A stretch of 64,000 nucleotides of DNA, taken from Candidatus Zixiibacteriota bacterium (GTDB taxonomy: Bacteria; Zixibacteria; MSB-5A5; GN15; JAAZOE01). The translations under genes and the position numbers were made by a program. Under the pieces are notes generated by a model, which did no database searches, was not told the origin of the DNA, and was given only the letters and a program-made list of their open reading frames with translations. Position 1 is the first letter of the stretch, and every line of letters starts with the position of its first letter. The stretch covers positions 1-64,000 of the forward strand of contig JBDREQ010000031.1 in the NCBI GenBank assembly GCA_043819555.1. The letters run 5' to 3'. Positions 58,702 to 64,000 of this stretch are shown piece by piece.

Positions 58702-59754
58702 TTACCCAACCAGATCCCAGTCAACCGGCGTACCTTTTTTTACATCGCGGTTTACGCGCTTCCCCATCAGACGTTCAATATGTTTGGGAGGCAATCCCAG
58801 GCCGGGTCTGATAGCCCTTAGGTTTCGAGGATTGAATTCGTCGCCCGCTTTCATATCTTCCACGACATATATAGACCGCCGGAACTGGAGTGATTTCTTT
58901 TCCTTTTCGGTCGGTCCGTAACTGATGTGTCCCAGAGCCTGCCAGGCTCGCTTTGATTCAATGACCAGGGTTTTCATCTCTTCCGGCTCCAGCGAAAATG
59001 CCGAATCGACTCCGCCATCGGCGCGGGCAAGAGTAAAGTGTTTTTCCAACACTGTCGCACCCAGGGCAATGGCCGCGATTGCTGCGCCGGTACCCATCGT
59101 ATGATCTGACAGTCCAACCAGGATGTCAAACATATCACGCATATGGGGGATGGTTCGTAAATTTGTGTTTTCGGGCGAGGCCGGATATGAACTGGTACAT
59201 TTCAATAAAATTATATCATTGCAACCGTTCAATCGCGCGGTACGCATAGTTTCATCGAGTTCGGAAATTTGAGCCATGCCGGTCGATATAATCATCGGTT
59301 TTCCGGTCGCGGCAATACGTTTGATAAGCGGCAAATCAGTGTTTTCAAATGAAGCGACCTTATAGCAGGCGACATCCAGTTCTTCCAGAAAATCGACGGC
59401 GCTGTCATCAAATGGAGTGCTGAAAGGAATCATGCCGTGTTCTCTGGCGCGGTCAAATATCTTAGAGTGCCACTCCCAGGGAGTATAGGCTTCATTATAA
59501 AGTTTATGCAATGATTTACCGGTCCAAAGGCTGTTTTTATCCTCAATGCGAAATTCGCCTTCGTCAAGATCGATTGTCATTGTATCGGCCGTATAGGTTT
59601 GGATTTTCAAGGCGTCAGCCCCGGTTTCGGCCGCGGCATCGACAATTTGAAGAGCTCGCTCCAAAGATTGATTATGATTACCCGACATTTCGGCGATTAT
59701 AAAAGGCGGATGGTCCGAACCTATTATCCGACCGGCAATATTTATATCTTGCAT
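58702..59754 (-). CDS. pseI: Pseudaminic acid synthase
   Basis: AEMSGNHN, KIQTYTADT, LSDHT, EKHF and DGGVDSAFS motifs; SAF domain. Confidence 0.93.
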   Translation of the reverse strand: MQDINIAGRIIGSDHPPFIIAEMSGNHNQSLERALQIVDAAAETGADALKIQTYTADTMTIDLDEGEFRIEDKNSLWTGKSLHKLYNEAYTPWEWHSKIFDRAREHGMIPFSTPFDDSAVDFLEELDVACYKVASFENTDLPLIKRIAATGKPMIISTGMAQISELDETMRTARLNGCNDIILLKCTSSYPASPENTNLRTIPHMRDMFDILVGLSDHTMGTGAAIAAIALGATVLEKHFTLARADGGVDSAFSLEPEEMKTLVIESKRAWQALGHISYGPTEKEKKSLQFRRSIYVVEDMKAGDEFNPRNLRAIRPGLGLPPKHIERLMGKRVNRDVKKGTPVDWDLVG

Positions 59755-59756
59755 AA

Positions 59757-60314
59757 TTAGCCATCTCTTTCGAAAAAAAGTTTTATCAACGATGGTTTTA
59801 TATCGCGCCATCCATCCTCGAGTATAGCCAACGTTACGACATCCTCATATTTTCCATCTTTTAAAACATAATCACGAAGGCGGCCTTCTTCAATAAATCC
59901 CAGCCGCTTATGATATTTGACGCTATCGGAATTAAAGGCAAAAGCCTCGCCGACGATGCGGTGGAATTCAAGCTTTTCAAACAGATGCTCCAGGGCAAAA
60001 AACCCCATAGCGGACCCGCTTCCCCGAGGGGCATTTTCTGCGCCGATGTAAAAACCCCAGACACATTTTTTATTTTCATTATCAATATTTGTTATATTGA
60101 CAACCCCCAGAGGTATGCCATTCGTTTCAAAAATAAAATGAAGTGATTTTTTCTCAGCACTAATTTTCTCAAACCATTTTTGATGCTCGTCGAATGAGAT
60201 AATATGCGAAGTGTACATATTTTCACGAATCCGTTCGCTATTTCTCCACTTGAGGACGAGATCCAAATCGCCGCGCTCAATAGGTCTGATTTGATATTGA
60301 TCACGCCAATTCAT
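59757..60314 (-). CDS. pseH: UDP-4-amino-sugar N-acetyltransferase
   Basis: LKWRN..IR..M, EH.KWF, WGFY and N..S..YHKRLGF motifs. Confidence 0.88.
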   Translation of the reverse strand: MNWRDQYQIRPIERGDLDLVLKWRNSERIRENMYTSHIISFDEHQKWFEKISAEKKSLHFIFETNGIPLGVVNITNIDNENKKCVWGFYIGAENAPRGSGSAMGFFALEHLFEKLEFHRIVGEAFAFNSDSVKYHKRLGFIEEGRLRDYVLKDGKYEDVVTLAILEDGWRDIKPSLIKLFFERDG

Positions 60315-61416
60315 TACGCACTTCTTTCATGGCCTCATAAACTTTTTCGACTCCCGGACGGGGATCATCACCGAATAGGTTTAAGGCGCGCCGGCTCATG
60401 GCAATCATTTCATTGGGATTGGCGATGGCAAATTCGATAGCGCTTCTGATTTTTGTCGCCGTGACATCGGTATGAAAGCCGAGGTTCCAGGCCGTGCCGG
60501 TCCGGTGCAAAGCCTCGGCCCCGCTTTTTTGATTTTCGGCCAGGACAATGACTATTGACGGCAAACCCAGCCAGGCGCGCTCCCATGAGGTCGTTCCCGC
60601 GGCTCCAATGGCCAGATCCGCCCGCGCCATCAGTTCGGCCATGTTATTAACATTACGGAGAATCCTGCATGTTTTCAGATTTTTACTAATTTTCTTTATC
60701 TCTTCATAATACAAATTGTTCATTCCGACTATAATATCGATGTGTAAATTTTCGGAATCGCATTGTGCTACGGCTTCGATAGCCTTGACGGTTAAATTAT
60801 CGTTATCAACTCCTCCGAAAAAGATTAATAAATTATTAACCTGGCCATTATGCTCTTTTAATGATTTTTTAATATCAATAAATTCAGGCCTTAAAAGCGC
60901 GAATTCGGGCCCGATTAATCTGACGCATTGGTCGGGTACCAGGTCGCCGTACCGGCCATTCATATTTCCATTCAGATTTTGATCCAACAGTAAATCGCAT
61001 TCGTATTTTCGGTTGGCCAGATCATCAATGACCATTATTTTTTTGCAATGAGGTTTTAGTTCTTTATGCCAACTCTTATCCAAGGCGTAATGATCAATGA
61101 TTAACCAGTCAATATTAGTATTTTTTGACAGCATTTGTGAAGTTTGCTTCGCGTCAAATCTGGCCGATACTGTCAGCCAGTTTTCATAACCTTTCAGATG
61201 CTCGGGATCAGCATCCCCGTCAGGAAGCATAAGAGTTTCAACCGCAAATCCCCTCTGCTCAATATATGAAATCATATTGCCGGGGAGGTCTCGACAGATA
61301 AAATCGGCCGAGTTTCCCTGAGAACAAAGATAATCGGCCAAGGTCAGGCATCTCATGACATGCCCGCTTCCAATTTGACCCGACGCGTCGGTACGAATAA
61401 TTACATCCACCTCCAA
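60301..61416 (-). CDS. pseG: UDP-2,4-diacetamido-sugar hydrolase
   Basis: RTDAS..IGSGHVMRC, DHY, IDDL and AAGTTSWER motifs. Confidence 0.92.
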   Translation of the reverse strand: MEVDVIIRTDASGQIGSGHVMRCLTLADYLCSQGNSADFICRDLPGNMISYIEQRGFAVETLMLPDGDADPEHLKGYENWLTVSARFDAKQTSQMLSKNTNIDWLIIDHYALDKSWHKELKPHCKKIMVIDDLANRKYECDLLLDQNLNGNMNGRYGDLVPDQCVRLIGPEFALLRPEFIDIKKSLKEHNGQVNNLLIFFGGVDNDNLTVKAIEAVAQCDSENLHIDIIVGMNNLYYEEIKKISKNLKTCRILRNVNNMAELMARADLAIGAAGTTSWERAWLGLPSIVIVLAENQKSGAEALHRTGTAWNLGFHTDVTATKIRSAIEFAIANPNEMIAMSRRALNLFGDDPRPGVEKVYEAMKEVRNELA

Positions 61417-61496
61417 TAATCCTCCAATAAACAGAGTATTGTTGTGGATACCGATTGTCCACTAAAATCTATTCTGCTCATTAATATGACAGGGAT

Positions 61497-61524
61497 AAAA
61501 AAGGGCCGGGATTTTGCCCGGCCC
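61497..61524 (-). terminator. Intrinsic terminator inside the pse cluster
   Basis: Minus strand reads GGGCCGGG-CAAAAT-CCCGGCCC-TTTTTT. Confidence 0.75.
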
Positions 61525-61574
61525 AACCATAGTAACGTATCAAGAAGAGAATCTATATGCTTATTAACGCCCCT

Positions 61575-62378
61575 TTAGGTTTCAATTATGTTCTTCTCCA
61601 GAAATATTATATCTTCCCTGATTGATTTTTCATATCCGACTCCGTGAATTATATCATAATTCAGGCTCATGAGTTCCGGTCTTCTCTCTAGTAATCTTAA
61701 AACATCATTGGTTGTGAAAGCCGGATTATCCGGATATAATGATTCAAATACCTTCAGGACAAATTCAAAATCCTGCGGTTCATCTACTGTCCAGCGATGA
61801 TGCGATAAGTCGATGTCGTTGGAAAATTGCCCGATGGAAAATATTTCCGGATGATTGTGGAAATACGGCGTGACATGTTCCCGCTCGGACGGCAAGACCG
61901 CATTCTCCCCAGCCTTTTTGAGATGGTGTGAGTAAAATATCTCAAAATCAAGACCAATCGGGAAAGTTCTCTCAACGGTATTACTGAGATAATCAAAATC
62001 ACTATTTATAAAGCGTTTAATTCCATGATCAATGATTTTTGGATCAGCCAGCGGGCAATCGCCCGTTAGACGAACTATTATATCAGATGGAAACTCAAGG
62101 CTGGCCCGGTAGAAACGATCCAGGACGTCATTCAAACTGCCCCGATAAAAATCCACCCCAAGATTATCACATAGATCGCAAATGGGAGAATCGTCTTTTT
62201 GATCGCTAGTGGCAACTATAAGTTTGTCAATTTTACATGACCGCGACAATCGCCCGAGATGATACTCCAGCATCGGCCGGCCCATTATCGGCCGCAATAC
62301 TTTTCCCGGCAAGCGGGAAGAGGACATCCGGGCCTGCAATATTGCAACGACGCTATATGATGACTTTTTTTCCATCAT
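61575..62378 (-). CDS. SpsF-type cytidylyltransferase (probable PseF role)
   Basis: QARMSSSRLPGKVL, DVLDRF, TGDCP, REHVT and RWTVD motifs. Confidence 0.85.
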   Translation of the reverse strand: MMEKKSSYSVVAILQARMSSSRLPGKVLRPIMGRPMLEYHLGRLSRSCKIDKLIVATSDQKDDSPICDLCDNLGVDFYRGSLNDVLDRFYRASLEFPSDIIVRLTGDCPLADPKIIDHGIKRFINSDFDYLSNTVERTFPIGLDFEIFYSHHLKKAGENAVLPSEREHVTPYFHNHPEIFSIGQFSNDIDLSHHRWTVDEPQDFEFVLKVFESLYPDNPAFTTNDVLRLLERRPELMSLNYDIIHGVGYEKSIREDIIFLEKNIIET

Positions 62379-63617
62379 TTATACCGTTATTTTTCTTTCA
62401 TAGCTTTTCATTAATATCGCTTCTAGTTCATCAACGACGCGCTTGATATCATCCTTAGTTAAATTCGGATACATCGGCAGGCTCAAGGCTTTCTCATAGT
62501 ATATTTCGGTGTTGGGGCAATCGCCCGGCCTGGTACCGCAGACTCTTTGATAATAAGGTTGGAGGTGAACCGGAATATAATGAACTTGAGTCCCGATGCC
62601 CTGGGCGCGAAGTTGATTCATTACTTCGGCCCGGGAAACGCCCAGTCTTTCAAAATCGATCTGAACGACAAACAGGTGATATGCATTTTCAACTTCAGAT
62701 TTATTTATCAAAGGCAAAACCTCGCCGTTGGCAAATTTATCCTGTATTAAACGGCAATAAATGCCGGCCAGCTCACGGCGTTTTTCAAGCGACCAATCCA
62801 ATCGCTTAAGCTGTTGAATGCCCAGCGCGGCCTGGATATCGGTCAGCCGGTAATTGAATCCCAGTTCAGTCATTTCATAATACCAGGGATTGGCCATTCC
62901 TTCCGGGCTGAGAGCCATATCATCATTAATTTTCGATTCGCGGGAGATTCCATGATTGCGAAATAGTCTCAACCGATCGGCCATTTCGGGCTGATTGGTT
63001 GTAATGGCTCCGCCTTCACCCATGGCAACATGCTTAACCGGATGGAATGAAAATACGGTCATATCACTATGGGGATTATTGCCAATTAAGTATGTTTTCC
63101 CATCATAATTATAAGATGCTCCGATGGCATGGCAGGCGTCATCGATGACCCAGGCGTCATGATTTTTGGCAAGATCATAAATAGCCGGTAAATCAATCGG
63201 TTGGCCGGCAAAATGCACCGGGATAATCGCCTTTATTTTCTTCTCGGTATCGTTTTTTAATAAGTGTCCAACGCTATCAGGATCGATTAGACCGGTTTCG
63301 GGATTAATATCGGCGAAACAAACATCGGCTCCGACAAATCGAGCGCAGTTGGCCGAGGCGGCAAAAGTATTTGACGATGTAATAACCGCATCTTTAGAAC
63401 CTATCCCAAGGGAAAGCATACAAAGATGCAAGGCCGCGGTGCCGCTGGAGCATGCGACCGCCTCCCGGGCTCCGAGTTTGTCGGCCAGAGCATGCTCAAA
63501 ATCAACAATCGTCGGGCCTTGAGTCAGCCAATCTGATTTGAGAACTTCGCATACGGCAGCGATATCATCTTCGGTGACGTGTTGAGTGCCATAAGGCAGA
63601 AATTTCTGATTTTCCAT
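62379..63617 (-). CDS. pseC: UDP-4-keto-sugar aminotransferase
   Basis: LTQGP, DACHA, SFHPVK, GFNYR and QVHYIP motifs. Confidence 0.92.
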   Translation of the reverse strand: MENQKFLPYGTQHVTEDDIAAVCEVLKSDWLTQGPTIVDFEHALADKLGAREAVACSSGTAALHLCMLSLGIGSKDAVITSSNTFAASANCARFVGADVCFADINPETGLIDPDSVGHLLKNDTEKKIKAIIPVHFAGQPIDLPAIYDLAKNHDAWVIDDACHAIGASYNYDGKTYLIGNNPHSDMTVFSFHPVKHVAMGEGGAITTNQPEMADRLRLFRNHGISRESKINDDMALSPEGMANPWYYEMTELGFNYRLTDIQAALGIQQLKRLDWSLEKRRELAGIYCRLIQDKFANGEVLPLINKSEVENAYHLFVVQIDFERLGVSRAEVMNQLRAQGIGTQVHYIPVHLQPYYQRVCGTRPGDCPNTEIYYEKALSLPMYPNLTKDDIKRVVDELEAILMKSYERKITV

Positions 63618-63618
63618 A

Positions 63619-64000
63619 TCACTTACCCTTATTAACGTTTTCTACCGACTCGGAAATTTCAGTTTTTGTGTAAAGAGATTCTTCCATCCCTCGCATCAAA
63701 GCGATACGGTTTGTAACGGAGGATTTTTCTTCGCCCGGAACCGAAAAATCCTTATCAATATATTTCCGCATTAAATCCCGGATTTGCTCAACCGTCAGCC
63801 ACTCGGTATTATTGCCGCTTGAATAACTAAAATCATTCGGGCACTTTTTCCCGTCGAAGGCTTCGGCGAATTTTTCAACATTCCATAATCTCATCGAGGG
63901 GAGGATGACAAAGTAATCCGAAAATTCAATGGAATTGATAGCGTCGGTCTGAGTAATCATTTCTTCGTGTAGTTTTTCACCGGGGCGAATCCCGATGATT
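63619..64000 (-). CDS. pseB: UDP-GlcNAc 4,6-dehydratase (inverting), C-terminal part only
   Basis: IGIRPGEKLHEEMI...FSYSS..N..WL; runs off the window. Confidence 0.85.
   Translation of the reverse strand, partial: IIGIRPGEKLHEEMITQTDAINSIEFSDYFVILPSMRLWNVEKFAEAFDGKKCPNDFSYSSGNNTEWLTVEQIRDLMRKYIDKDFSVPGEEKSSVTNRIALMRGMEESLYTKTEISESVENVNKGK

Overview
Bacterial chromosomal segment, probably from an FCB-superphylum organism (Zixibacteria-like). This is inferred from a cohesin/dockerin protein with an FlgD-Ig/'YPNPFN' C-terminus and is not verified. Layout: (1-540) the right end of an IS481-like element and REP/RAYT debris; (0.7-14.5 kb) a Wzy-dependent capsule/EPS locus with sigma54-type promoters, an A7-frameshifted glycosyltransferase and a degenerate gmd plus truncated DegT pair; (14.8-22 kb) kinase, YfiR, secreted and membrane proteins; (22-27.4 kb) a sigma54 two-component system with tandem enhancer sites upstream of a 4x helical-repeat protein and a putative beta-barrel; (27.8-30.5 kb) a cohesin+dockerin secreted protein with a long structured leader; ruvX, mltG, a sensor-less HK/sigma54 RR/GAF trio and kdsB-pyrG; (38-39.4 kb) a cluster of several palindromic repeat types with a truncated darG; GMPP-PMM, HAD phosphatase, cyclophilin, S41 protease, tmk, ino1 and divergent MarR; TrmB with an aspartyl/PDZ protease; (51.5-51.8 kb) an internally deleted RAYT flanked by REPs; an NHL lipoprotein; (53-64 kb) a pseudaminic acid pathway with an acetamidino-modification trio and a flippase. 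No rRNA, tRNA or CRISPR array was recognised. All calls come from motif recognition by eye, without database searches.
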